The notes below the pieces were generated by a model. It searched no databases. It saw only the letters and a program-made list of their open reading frames with translations, and was not told where the DNA came from. DNA of 64,000 bases from Myxococcota bacterium (lineage in GTDB: Bacteria; Myxococcota_A; UBA796; CAJQPC01). The stretch lies in contig DASCPX010000059.1 in assembly GCA_036012755.1 (NCBI GenBank), forward strand, positions 64,001 to 128,000, in the 5' to 3' direction. Within the stretch, counting starts at the first letter, position 1; each line of letters starts with the position of its first letter. Shown in pieces: positions 19,093 through 28,719 of this stretch. The translations under genes and the position numbers were made by a program.

Positions 19093-19805
19093 TCCTGGCG
19101 CTCATCGGCGTGGTCCTCGCGGACGACACCGAGGACATCATTCGACTGCTCGACGCGACTGACGACCTCGCCCGCGGCGAGTCTTCGGTGGCGACGCTCA
19201 CGATGGAGGTCAAGACCGCTCGCTACGAGCGCAGCGTGACCATGAAGGCGTGGTCCAAGGGCACCGAGAAGTCCCTCATCGTCATCGAGTCCCCCGCCAA
19301 GGAGAAGGGCGTGGCGACGCTCAAGGTGGATGACGACATCTGGAACTACCTGCCCAAGGTCGACCGCACGATGAAGATCCCCGCCGCGATGATGGGCGGC
19401 GCGTGGATGGGCTCCCACATCACGAACGACGACATCGTGAAGGGCTCGCGAATGTCCGAGGACTACACGGCGAAGCTCCTGGAGCGCCCAGAGGACGGCG
19501 CCGACCGCTACGTCATCGAGCTCGTGCCGAACCCGGACGCGCCGGTGGTCTGGGGCAAGGTCGTGGTGACCGTCGGCGGCGACGAGCTGCCCGTGTCCAC
19601 CGAGTTCTTCGACGAGAAGGGCAACATCGTGCGCACGATGCTCTACCAGGACGTGCGCACCCTGGACGGGCGCACGATGCCCACGACCTTCATGGTGGTC
19701 CCCGCCGACCACCCCGACGAGTACACGAAGATCCGCTACGACGACATCGACTTCGACGTGGACCTGCCGGAGCAGACCTTCACGCTGCAGGCGCTGAAGC
19801 AGTGA
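19089..19805 (+). CDS. Outer-membrane lipoprotein-sorting protein (LolA-like)
   Basis: SPAKEKGVATLK, IWNYLPKVDR..KI, WMGSHITNDD motifs; short leader MILALIGVVLA. Confidence 0.85.
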   Translation: MILALIGVVLADDTEDIIRLLDATDDLARGESSVATLTMEVKTARYERSVTMKAWSKGTEKSLIVIESPAKEKGVATLKVDDDIWNYLPKVDRTMKIPAAMMGGAWMGSHITNDDIVKGSRMSEDYTAKLLERPEDGADRYVIELVPNPDAPVVWGKVVVTVGGDELPVSTEFFDEKGNIVRTMLYQDVRTLDGRTMPTTFMVVPADHPDEYTKIRYDDIDFDVDLPEQTFTLQALKQ

Positions 19806-21019
19806 GGTTCCTCCTTGCAATGGCCTGGCGCAATCTCTGGCGTCAGTCCCGCCGCAGCATGCTCACAGCGGTCGCGATGGGTCTCGCGGTGGCCCTCTGC
19901 CTCGCTTCGGTGGCCCTGACCGAGGGGATCTACGCGACCATGGGCGACGCGCTCGTCACCCAGAGCCTCGGGCACGTGCAGCTCCACCACGCCGAGTACC
20001 CCACGACGAAGCAGCCCTGGCTCACCATCGAGGACGAGGGCCTCGTCGACCGGATCTCGGGACTGGAGGAGGTCGAGGGGGTCACAGCCCGACTCTATGG
20101 GCAGGCCCTGCTCGGAAACGAAGAGGACAGCTCCGGGGCCATCCTCGTCGGCATCGAGCCTGGCCGCGAGCTCGACATCTTCCCCCTCGACGACAAGGTG
20201 GTCGAGGGACGCTTCCTGGCCGAGGACGCCGCCTTGGAGGTCGTGCTCGGCGAGGGGCTCGCTGACGACCTCGACGTCGGGGTGGGTGACCAGGTGGTGA
20301 TCATCACCCAGGCCACCGACGGCTCCCTCGGCAACGCGGCGCTGGAGATCGTGGGAGTGGTCCGGAGCGGCCGGACCACCATGGATCGCTCGGGAGCCTG
20401 GCTTCACCTCTGGGACCTCCAGGGGGTGCTGGCGCTGGAGGGCCAGGTGCACGAGATCCTGGTGATCGGCCCGGATCCCGAGGAGTCCGGAGCGCTGCTC
20501 GCTGACATCGAGGACCTTGGGACCGGCGATCTGCTCGTCCGCACCTGGCAGGCCGCGAGCCCGTCGACCGCCCAGATGATGGCCATGCAGGACGTCTCGA
20601 CGATGATCTTCCTAGGCATCATCTTCGGCGTCGCGGCGCTGGGTGTGCTCAACACGATGCTGATGGCGGTCTTCGAGCGCACACGCGAGCTCGGCTTGAT
20701 GAAGGCGTTGGGGCTGACACCCCTGCGCATGGTGGCACTGGTCCTGACCGAGTCGGCGCTGTTGGCGCTGTTGTCCTGCGTCTTCGGAGGCGCGCTCGGC
20801 GGGCTGCTCGACTGGTACCTGGTGACAGAGGGCCTCGACTTCGGCGCCGGCTTCGACGGCATGGGGGTCACCTTCGATCCCGTCATCAAGGGCAGGGTCA
20901 CCCTCCTCGGCATCGCCCAGGTGCTCTCGAGCCTCTTCGTCATCTGCGTGCTCGCCTCGGTGTGGCCCGCGGTCCGGGCGGCGCGCCTGCGCCCGGTCGA
21001 GTCCATGAGGAGCATCTGA
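19802..21019 (+). CDS. ABC transporter permease (FtsX/LolC-E/MacB family)
   Basis: AWRNLWRQSRRS, NTMLMAVFERTRELG.MKALG, PAVRAARLRPVE. Confidence 0.9.
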   Translation: MRFLLAMAWRNLWRQSRRSMLTAVAMGLAVALCLASVALTEGIYATMGDALVTQSLGHVQLHHAEYPTTKQPWLTIEDEGLVDRISGLEEVEGVTARLYGQALLGNEEDSSGAILVGIEPGRELDIFPLDDKVVEGRFLAEDAALEVVLGEGLADDLDVGVGDQVVIITQATDGSLGNAALEIVGVVRSGRTTMDRSGAWLHLWDLQGVLALEGQVHEILVIGPDPEESGALLADIEDLGTGDLLVRTWQAASPSTAQMMAMQDVSTMIFLGIIFGVAALGVLNTMLMAVFERTRELGLMKALGLTPLRMVALVLTESALLALLSCVFGGALGGLLDWYLVTEGLDFGAGFDGMGVTFDPVIKGRVTLLGIAQVLSSLFVICVLASVWPAVRAARLRPVESMRSI

Positions 21020-22236
21020 TGTTGCTGAAGCTCGCAGCCCGCAACCTCATCCGCCACCGGCGGCGCACGGGGATCACGGTCTTCGCCATCGCCGGCGGCC
21101 TGGCCCTGATGGTCCTGTCGATCACGGTCGGCAACGGCGTCTACGTCGAGATGCTCGACCAGGGCATCACGAAGCAGGCAGGCCACGTCGTGGTCCAGGC
21201 GATCGGCTTCCAGGACGAGCGGGAGCGCCACCAGGTGGTCGAGAACGCCCCCGACATCGAAGCCGCCCTCCTGGAGGCCGCCCCCGACGGCAAGGTGCTC
21301 TCCCGCACCTGGCTCCGCGGGCTCTTGACCTCGACGACCAACGCGGTCGGAGCGGCGGTGGCCGGGGTCCAGCCCTCCGCCGAGATCGATGTGACGGACT
21401 GGGACGAGAAGCTGGTCGAGGGGGAGTGGCTCGCCGACGACGACGAGCGCGGCATCGTGCTGGGTGCCGGACTCGCCCAGAGCCTCGGGGTGGAGCTCGG
21501 CGACAAGGTCGTCTTGATGGTGCAGGGGGACGACGAGGTCGACTCGCGCCTGTTCCGGGTACGCGGGGTGCTCTCGACAGGCTCCGCCGACATCGACGGC
21601 TTCCTCGCCATGGCCCACATCGACGCGACGCGAGAGCTCCTGCCCGGCATCGAGCCGGCCCACCAGGTCAGCCTCCACCTCGAAGAGGACACCAGCCTGC
21701 AGCTCGCCGGGGTGCTCCAGGTCCCGGACGGCAGCGAGGTGCTCACCTGGAAGGAGGCCCTGCCAGAGCTTGTCGAGTACATCCGGATCGACCGGAAATC
21801 CAACGACGTCTTCATGATCATCATCGGGCTGATCGTCACCATCGGCGTGCTGAACACGGTCTTGATGTCCGTCCTGGAGCGCGTGCGCGAGTTCGGCGTG
21901 ATGCTGGCGGTGGGCATGACGCCCGGGCGGCTCTTCACCCTGGTCGTGACCGAGGGCTTGCTGCTGGGGCTCGTCGGCATGGCGCTCGGTGTGCTCGGTG
22001 GCGCGGCGCTGTCCTACCCCCTGGTCACGAGCGGTCTCGACTACACGGGCATGATGGGTGGGGACAACATCGACGTCAGCGGGGTGACCGTCAGCATGGT
22101 CATCTACGGCGTCTACGACTGGCTGCGCGTCGCCCACTACGCCCTCGGGGCCGTCCTGCTGACCCTGTCGTCCACCCTGTACCCCGCCATCAAGGCCTCC
22201 CGGCTCCAGCCGGTCGACGCCATGCGGCACATCTGA
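21019..22236 (+). CDS. ABC transporter permease (FtsX/LolC-E/MacB family), second copy
   Basis: AARNLIRHRRRT, NTVLMSVLERVREFG, PAIKASRLQPVDAMR. Confidence 0.9.
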   Translation: MLLKLAARNLIRHRRRTGITVFAIAGGLALMVLSITVGNGVYVEMLDQGITKQAGHVVVQAIGFQDERERHQVVENAPDIEAALLEAAPDGKVLSRTWLRGLLTSTTNAVGAAVAGVQPSAEIDVTDWDEKLVEGEWLADDDERGIVLGAGLAQSLGVELGDKVVLMVQGDDEVDSRLFRVRGVLSTGSADIDGFLAMAHIDATRELLPGIEPAHQVSLHLEEDTSLQLAGVLQVPDGSEVLTWKEALPELVEYIRIDRKSNDVFMIIIGLIVTIGVLNTVLMSVLERVREFGVMLAVGMTPGRLFTLVVTEGLLLGLVGMALGVLGGAALSYPLVTSGLDYTGMMGGDNIDVSGVTVSMVIYGVYDWLRVAHYALGAVLLTLSSTLYPAIKASRLQPVDAMRHI

Positions 22237-22244
22237 GAGGAAGC

Positions 22245-22928
22245 ATGTCGATTGTCTCGGTGCGCGGAGCGACGCGCGACTACACCCAGGGCGAGCACAC
22301 CGTCCACGCCCTCCGTGGCGTCGATCTGGACGTGGAGAGCGGCGAGTTCACCGTCTTGATGGGCCCCTCGGGCAGCGGCAAGACGACGCTCTTGAACCTC
22401 ATCGGGGGGCTCGACGAGCCCAGCGGCGGCACCATCCAGGTCGAGGGCAAGGACCTCGCGGCGATGACCGGCGGCGAGCGCAGTCGGCTGAGGCTCAAGC
22501 GCCTGGGCTTCGTCTTCCAGGCCTACAACCTCATCCCGGTGCTGTCCGCCTTCGAGAACGTCGAGTTCGTGCTGGAGATGGCGGGCATGCCCGCCGCCGA
22601 GCGACGAGAGCGCGTAATGGAGACCCTGGCGAGCGTGGGACTGGCCGGGATGGAGCACCGTCGGCCGGACCAGCTCTCCGGTGGGCAGCAACAGCGCGTC
22701 GCGGTAGCCCGGGCCATCGCGAGCAAGCCCGCGCTGGTGCTCGCGGACGAGCCCACGGCGAACCTCGACAGCAAGACCGGCACGGAGCTCGTCGAGCTCA
22801 TGCGCGAGCTGAACGAGGAGCAAGGCGTCACCTTCGTCTTCGCGACCCACGACCCCAAGGTGATGGAGCGCGCCAAGCGCATCGTGCGCCTGGTCGATGG
22901 CAGCGTAGAGAGCGACGAGATCAAGTGA
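22245..22928 (+). CDS. ABC transporter ATP-binding protein (LolD/MacB-like)
   Basis: GPSGSGKTT, LSGGQQQRVAVARA, LADEPTANLD. Confidence 0.92.
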   Translation: MSIVSVRGATRDYTQGEHTVHALRGVDLDVESGEFTVLMGPSGSGKTTLLNLIGGLDEPSGGTIQVEGKDLAAMTGGERSRLRLKRLGFVFQAYNLIPVLSAFENVEFVLEMAGMPAAERRERVMETLASVGLAGMEHRRPDQLSGGQQQRVAVARAIASKPALVLADEPTANLDSKTGTELVELMRELNEEQGVTFVFATHDPKVMERAKRIVRLVDGSVESDEIK

Positions 22929-23938
22929 TCTGGCTCTGCGGGCTGGCCCTCGGGGCAGACCTCGACGCAGGCGCGGACGTGAAGGTCTTCGCGGTCGGAG
23001 TGGTCCTTCCGGAGCCGCTGGATCCCTTCTCTTCGAGCGTCCTGGATGTCCGCGGCAAGCTGGACGCCGAGGTGGGGCCGCTGGACGGCGAGCTCCACGG
23101 GACCGCCGGCGCCGGCGCTGCCGACCTGCCCCTCGGCGTGGGACTCGGCGAGGACGAGCTGGTCGACCTGTCGTGGTCTGGCGACTACGCCCGGGCCCGG
23201 ATCGACCGGGCCTCTGTGCGCTACCGGCGAGACCATCTCGATGTGCGCGTGGGTCGACAGCCCGTCAGCTTCGGCACGGGCTACATCTTCCGCCCCATGG
23301 ACCTCGTCGCGGCCTTCTCGGGGACAGAGGTCGACCAGGAGTACAAGCCTGGCGTCGACGCGGCCCGGGTGGATGCCTACGCCGGGGTGTCCAACACGAT
23401 GTCCCTGGTGCTGGCCTACGACCGGCGCGCCCTGGTCTACGGCCAGACCACCCTGAGGGGCTGGGACGTGGGCGCGATGGGCGCTGCGCTCGACGGCTGG
23501 CGACTCGCCGGCCTGGTCACCTCCGGCGCCGTCGGACCGGTCGGGGTGCGCGCGGAGGCCACCGTCGACGCGGACCAGGAGGTGCGCGCGGCCCTGGGGC
23601 TGGATGTGCGCTTCGGGCGCGGCTACCTCGCGGCGGAGGGCTACTTCCAGACCGAGCCTCCCGACAACTACTGGCTGACCGGACGGAGCTACGCCGCGGT
23701 CTCGGGGTCCTTCGAGATCGTCCCGCTCTGGAACGCGTCTGTTGCGGTCATCGCCAACGTGGAGGAGCCCTCTGCGCTGTTGGTGCCCGGGATCTCCTGG
23801 TCCGTCGCCGACAACGCCGAGCTCACCGGGAGCGGCTTCATCGGCCTCGGCGAGCGCCCCGACGACTTCTTCGTGCCCCAGTCCGAGTTCGGCACGCTCC
23901 CGGCCGCCGGGGTGCTCGCCATGAAGGCCTGGTTCTGA
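22925..23938 (+). CDS. Outer-membrane beta-barrel protein
   Basis: Alternating beta-strand pattern, VGRQPVSFG and EYKPGVDA motifs, terminal aromatic residue (KAWF). Confidence 0.7.
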   Translation: MIWLCGLALGADLDAGADVKVFAVGVVLPEPLDPFSSSVLDVRGKLDAEVGPLDGELHGTAGAGAADLPLGVGLGEDELVDLSWSGDYARARIDRASVRYRRDHLDVRVGRQPVSFGTGYIFRPMDLVAAFSGTEVDQEYKPGVDAARVDAYAGVSNTMSLVLAYDRRALVYGQTTLRGWDVGAMGAALDGWRLAGLVTSGAVGPVGVRAEATVDADQEVRAALGLDVRFGRGYLAAEGYFQTEPPDNYWLTGRSYAAVSGSFEIVPLWNASVAVIANVEEPSALLVPGISWSVADNAELTGSGFIGLGERPDDFFVPQSEFGTLPAAGVLAMKAWF

Positions 23939-24020
23939 GGGATCAGCGGCTCCCGACTCCGAGCTGGCTTTCGATTTCGAGGTTGCCGATCTGAGTGCCA
24001 GGGCGGATGATCACGCCGCC

Positions 24021-25997
24021 ATGCTACTCGCGCTCCTCACCCTCGCCTGCCGCAACAAGGACCCCCTCGACACCGGAGGCGTCATCGACAGCTCGCCGCC
24101 CGAGGCCGTCGACGCGGACGCCGACAACTACGACGCGGACGAAGACTGCGACGACCACAACGACACGGTCTACCCGGGCGCCGAAGAGGTCCCCTACGAC
24201 GGCCTCGACAACGACTGCGACCCGGAGACCCCCGACGATGACCTCGACGGCGACGGCTTCGGCGAGGCCGAGGACTGCGACGACACCGACGCGGCGGTGA
24301 ACCCGGATGCGACGGAGGCGTGCAACGGCCTCGACGACGACTGCGACGGCGAGGTCGACGACGCGGCGGGCGACCTCTGGTACTCCGACGCCGACGAGGA
24401 CGGCTACGGCGACCCGGACACCGAGACCCGGAGCTGCGACGGCGAGACAGGCCAGGTGGCCGATGGCACGGACTGCGACGACACCGACGCCAGCTCCTTC
24501 CCAGGCGGTGAGGAGGTCTGCGACGAAGCAGACAACAACTGTGACGGCACGGTCGACGAGGGGGTGCAGACCACTTTCTACGTCGACGTGGACGGTGACG
24601 GCGAGGGCAGCACCGACGGCACGGCCGAGGCCTGTGACACTCCGACGGGCTACGCCGACAACGCTGACGACTGCGACGACGGCGACGCGTCGATCTCGAC
24701 TCATGCCACCGAGCTCTGCGACGGGGTCGACAACGACTGCGACGGGGACATCGACGAGGACGACGCCGCCGACGCCACCACCTGGTACGAAGACGGCGAC
24801 AGCGACAGCTACGGCAACCCGGACAGCACGACCGACAGCTGCGAGCAGCCCAGCGGGTACGTCGACAACGACGACGACTGCGACGACACCGACGCCGATC
24901 TCAACCCGGAGACGACCTGGTACCTGGACGCCGACGGAGACGGCTACGGTCGCAGCGACATCACCTTGGAGAGCTGCGAGCAGCCCAAGAACTACGTCGA
25001 CGACGACACCGACTGCGACGACACCTCAGAGGACGTCTCCCCGGAGGGGACCGAGATCTGCAACTCGGGGGTCGACGACGACTGCAACGGCGTGGCCGAC
25101 GACGACGACAGCGGCGTGACCGACCCCGAGACCTGGTACGCGGACAGCGACAGCGACGGCTACGGCGACTCCAGCTCCACCGACGAGGCCTGCGAGCAGC
25201 CCAGCGGGTACGTCGAGGACGACACCGACTGCGACGACACGGCGGACGACGTGAACCCTGGCGCCGACGAGGAGTGCGACGCCACCGATCACGACTGCGA
25301 CGGGGACGACGGGCTGGAGACCTGCGAGGACTGCAACGCCATCCTCACGGCGGACTCGACCTCCACCGACGGGGTCTACACCATCGACCTCGACGGCACG
25401 GGGACCTCGGGCTTCGAGGTCTACTGCGACATGACCCTCGACGGGGGCGGCTGGACGCTGTGGTGGTGGTACGAGGGCGGTGCCGGCATGAGCGCCGTCA
25501 CCGACGTGCTCGGAGAAGAGGAGCTCTGGGACTGCGACCCCTCCAGCGACACGAGCTGCTTCTCGACCCTGCCGGTGTCCAGCCCCTCGGAGCTGATGGT
25601 CACGAACCAGGCCGGGAACTGGGCCGTGTGGGAGTTCGACTCCGGCAACGACACTTCCAACAACATCCTCGGCGCCTTCACGAGCCAGACCACGGTGACG
25701 CGCTCGACCTCGTCGGCTTGCGGTGACGCCTGGAATCCGGTGGCCCAGGACGGCACGATGACGGACGACCCCTACACCTGCGACGAGAACAACAACTCCG
25801 ATCCCGGCTGCGACTGCTTCTGGTACGACAGCTACAGCGGGGTCTACAGCTTCTACCTCGACGACGACACGGGCTGGGCCGAGACCGCCTTCGGGGCCGG
25901 CTACGACAACTCCGGAACCCTGGGAGTGGACAGCCTCGAGACGAGCTATCGGTACCACTCGACGACCAGCTACGACCTCTGGATGTACTGGCGCTGA
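24021..25997 (+). CDS. Lipoprotein with many MopE-like (putative metal-binding) Cys/Asp repeats and a C-terminal fibrinogen-like domain
   Basis: MLLALLTLAC; repeats DCDD..x..PGA.E.C.G.D.DCDG and WY.D.D.DGYG; C-terminal DGVYTID...VYCDMTLDGGGWTL. Confidence 0.85.
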   Translation: MLLALLTLACRNKDPLDTGGVIDSSPPEAVDADADNYDADEDCDDHNDTVYPGAEEVPYDGLDNDCDPETPDDDLDGDGFGEAEDCDDTDAAVNPDATEACNGLDDDCDGEVDDAAGDLWYSDADEDGYGDPDTETRSCDGETGQVADGTDCDDTDASSFPGGEEVCDEADNNCDGTVDEGVQTTFYVDVDGDGEGSTDGTAEACDTPTGYADNADDCDDGDASISTHATELCDGVDNDCDGDIDEDDAADATTWYEDGDSDSYGNPDSTTDSCEQPSGYVDNDDDCDDTDADLNPETTWYLDADGDGYGRSDITLESCEQPKNYVDDDTDCDDTSEDVSPEGTEICNSGVDDDCNGVADDDDSGVTDPETWYADSDSDGYGDSSSTDEACEQPSGYVEDDTDCDDTADDVNPGADEECDATDHDCDGDDGLETCEDCNAILTADSTSTDGVYTIDLDGTGTSGFEVYCDMTLDGGGWTLWWWYEGGAGMSAVTDVLGEEELWDCDPSSDTSCFSTLPVSSPSELMVTNQAGNWAVWEFDSGNDTSNNILGAFTSQTTVTRSTSSACGDAWNPVAQDGTMTDDPYTCDENNNSDPGCDCFWYDSYSGVYSFYLDDDTGWAETAFGAGYDNSGTLGVDSLETSYRYHSTTSYDLWMYWR

Positions 25998-26009
25998 CCG
26001 GGACGGACC

Positions 26010-26468
26010 GTGCTCTTGATGCTGCTGGCCTGCGAAGCTGGCGATGACACGGGGAGCGACCCTTGCGCTCCGGGCGGAGAGCCGACACTGCGGATCGGCG
26101 TCGGCGAGGTCACCTTCGAGGAGGTGCCAGACGGCGACGTGGAGCTCATCCACGGGCCGCAGGGGGGCTACCACGTCGTGTTGGCGCTCGAGGCCACGCA
26201 CTTCGACCAGGACGAGCAGCTCCTGGGCGTGCTCAGCGGAACCGTCGGTGGCGAGGAACTCGCCCACACGGAGCCCTTCGTGACCCTGCGCTGCAACCCG
26301 ACGGCGGAGGCGCAGCAGGTCTGGAACCTCTTCCTGATCATCGACGAGGATCTGGGGCCAGAGGACGTGCACGGAAGCACCATGGAGGTGCTGGCCTCGC
26401 TCTCGGGCGCATCGACGAGCGCTGAGGCCGAGGCTGAGATCCTTGTGAACTACCCAGATCTGGAGTGA
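26010..26468 (+). CDS. Hypothetical lipoprotein
   Basis: MLLMLLAC; motif LIHGPQGGYHV. Confidence 0.75.
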   Translation: MLLMLLACEAGDDTGSDPCAPGGEPTLRIGVGEVTFEEVPDGDVELIHGPQGGYHVVLALEATHFDQDEQLLGVLSGTVGGEELAHTEPFVTLRCNPTAEAQQVWNLFLIIDEDLGPEDVHGSTMEVLASLSGASTSAEAEAEILVNYPDLE

Positions 26469-26522
26469 ATCCGGTACCCTTGGCGGGCACGGCCCGAGGA
26501 TGGGGATTCGCGGGAGGGCCAC

Positions 26523-26918
26523 TTGGTCCGATCGAACTGGAGCCTGGGTGACACGGTCCGCCGCTGCGGGCCGCTGACGCTGCACGAGGCCACCCGATCG
26601 GGTCGGCTCGCTGGTCACGCCTGGCGCTGCCGCGGACCCAAGAAGCTGCGGGAGCTCTTCATGAGCCGCAGCAGTGTCCTCGGCGAGGCAGCCGTTGCGG
26701 GGCTCCGCGTCTCCACGAAGGTGAGCACGACGAACAAGGGCTCCCCCTTCCGGATCGACGCGCTCCCCGCCGGAGCTCCAGCCCTCGTCTGCCTGGAGGA
26801 TGTCCGCTTCGATGACGAGGACATCCGGGAGATCCTGGGGCGAGCGGCGCTGACCCTCCGCGATCTCCACGACGTCGGGAGGGCGCCCCGTAGTCGCCGA
26901 GACCCCACTGGCCGGTGA
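26523..26918 (+). pseudogene. Possible degenerate Ser/Thr kinase N-terminal remnant
   Basis: ILGRAALTLRDLHDVG resembles kinase helix E, but the frame loses coding character where HRD would follow. Confidence 0.3.
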
Positions 26919-27026
26919 CTTCGGTACCCCAGGGGTCGCGAACGACTGCAACTGACACCAGCCCGGATCACAGGCTGGTGGATGCGCCCATGGTGATCGT
27001 GCTCCGTACACACACGCGGAGGTGCG

Positions 27027-27639
27027 ATGAGCGCGCGCGAACAGCTGGTCGAACACACGACCCGAGGTGGGGTCCCCCACCTGCGCTTCGCCGATATGGA
27101 GGTCCCGAAGCTGGGACCCGTGGTCGAAGAGGACATCCCCCACTTCGCGAAGATCCTGGGAGAAGACGAGGCCCGCCAGCGGCTCGCCGCGTCGCTGGCG
27201 CGCCAGGCCGCCTTCGCTGGTCGCTTCCACCTGGACGACACCACGGCCCGCACCCTGTTGCGTGTCGTGAAGCCCACCGGACGAAGGTCACGACCTCGTG
27301 CTGGTGATCACCGATGGCTACCCCCGCAGCTCCCGCGTCCGCTTCTTCGCCAAGCCGACCCGCTTCTCCAGCACCAACGACAGCGGAGAGCAGACCGGAG
27401 AGAGCCTCAAGAGCGGGAGGGTCTCCCTGTGGCAGACCCAGGAGGACGAGACCCGCGACGTCGCGAGGGCCCTCGAGGCGCTCGAGGATCCCTCGCGTAC
27501 GGTGCTCGGCATCGGCATCGGGGTCGACGCGCCCGTCGACGAGTTCTTCGAGCACGCTCACGCATACGCGGACCACGAGGCCTTCGCGGAGGGCTTCCCG
27601 GCCCTGTTGGAGAGCGCCCTGTCCGAGCTCTTCCTCTAG
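27027..27639 (+). pseudogene. vWA-domain (CobT/NorD-like) protein with large internal deletion
   Basis: GGAGG RBS and ATG 27027, about 85 codons, then a frame change near 27285 to LVLVITDGYP...VLGIGIG (vWA C-terminal half); the MIDAS DxSxS motif is missing. Confidence 0.6.
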
Positions 27640-27664
27640 TCCGAGCTCTTCCTCTAGTCCGAGC
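27621..27664. repeat. 18-bp tandem duplication GTCCGAGCTCTTCCTCTA x2 plus 8-bp partial copy
   Basis: Exact copies at 27621-27638 and 27639-27656, duplicating the gene 3' end and stop codon. Confidence 0.95.
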
Positions 27665-27864
27665 GCGATCGAGAAGTGCGCGTCCGACGGACGGTGCGCG
27701 AGGGGGTGTCACCCGCGTCGAGCAGTCCGTTGTCGTTGAGGACCACCACCAGCGAGTAGCCGACAAGGGCTATGCCAGGGCTGAGGGCCCCGGATCGCCA
27801 TCCTCGGCGGACAAGCTGTCGATCGTGTGCAGATCGGCCCTCGGTATCCGACAGGCTGACAGGG

Positions 27865-28401
27865 CTACCAGATGGTCTTCGGCGCCTGCACGGTGGGGAG
27901 GAGACGCTCGATGTGTGCGATGACGGCGCGAGGGCTCGTCGCCCGGTGGATCGGTCGGGCGTAGCGCTCGTCGAGCTTGGTGCCGGCGAGCTTGGCTGCC
28001 CAGCCCACCCCCTGGTCGAGGGCCACGATGGGCTTGCCGTACTGCCAGGCCAGGGCGATCTCGGACAGCGTGCCCGAGGCGCCGGCTACGGCCACGACCA
28101 CATCTCCTGCAGCCACCACCAGCGCGTTGCGGGCGAAGTTCAAGCCGGTCGGAACGACGATGTCGCAGAAGGAGTTCGCGGTCGAGCCGTCCAGGTTCGG
28201 CAGGATGCCGAGGGTGGCTCCCTCTGTGTAGGCCTCTGAGGCGTGGGCGCCCCGACAGACGGCCTCCATCACACCCTCGCGCCCTCCGCAGACGATGCGC
28301 CAGCCGGCGTCGATCAAGAGCTGGCCGAGCTCCTCTGCGGGTTCGAGGATGGCCGGGTCGGTGAAGGCGCTTCCGATGACGGCGATCTGGGGACGACGCA
28401 T
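27865..28401 (-). CDS. TIGR00725 family (LOG/SLOG-like) protein
   Basis: IAVIG, VCGGREGVMEA, LGILP, TGLNFARN, GASGTLSEIALA. Confidence 0.88.
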   Translation of the reverse strand: MRRPQIAVIGSAFTDPAILEPAEELGQLLIDAGWRIVCGGREGVMEAVCRGAHASEAYTEGATLGILPNLDGSTANSFCDIVVPTGLNFARNALVVAAGDVVVAVAGASGTLSEIALAWQYGKPIVALDQGVGWAAKLAGTKLDERYARPIHRATSPRAVIAHIERLLPTVQAPKTIW

Positions 28402-28443
28402 GGCCTTCGCTAACGCGCTCCGTAGTGGGCGTCGGAGGCAGTC

Positions 28444-28719
28444 ATGACGTCCACACTCGACGAGCTCTTGCCCGAAGGCTGGGCGACCGCGTTGGCGCAG
28501 TACGGCTACCGCAGCCCGGCCGACTTCGTCTCGACCGTCCAGCTCGAGGGTGGCGCCGAGTCCCTGGCGACGCTGTTGGGCTGCGAGGTGGAGGAGATCG
28601 AGCGCCTGGCTGGCTCGCTGGCGACGAGCCTGACGACTCCGCTCGAGCCCGTGGATCACCCTCTGGGCTGCCTCTTCGAAGACGAAGACGAAGCCGAGGA
28701 GGTGGACGATGCGACTTGA
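28444..28719 (+). CDS. Small acidic protein resembling the N-terminal prodomain of the adjacent peptidase
   Basis: GGAGG RBS; 91 aa; overlaps the peptidase start; shares helical pattern and terminal HPLGC / FVLGA motif with the peptidase N-terminus. Confidence 0.7.
   Translation: MTSTLDELLPEGWATALAQYGYRSPADFVSTVQLEGGAESLATLLGCEVEEIERLAGSLATSLTTPLEPVDHPLGCLFEDEDEAEEVDDAT

Noticed and set aside
24100..25330. Repeated DNA segments that might be a CRISPR-like array
   Set aside because: The repeats are in-frame, degenerate at third codon positions and encode MopE-like protein repeats; there is no constant repeat-spacer structure and no cas gene.
27700..27860. VADKGY resembling an IS4/IS5 transposase motif
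   Set aside because: Only six residues match; no other DDE motifs or terminal inverted repeats are discernible.
27865..28401. SLOG protein as part of a nucleotide-signalling defence system
   Set aside because: Looks like an ordinary stand-alone TIGR00725 protein with no fused or adjacent effector.
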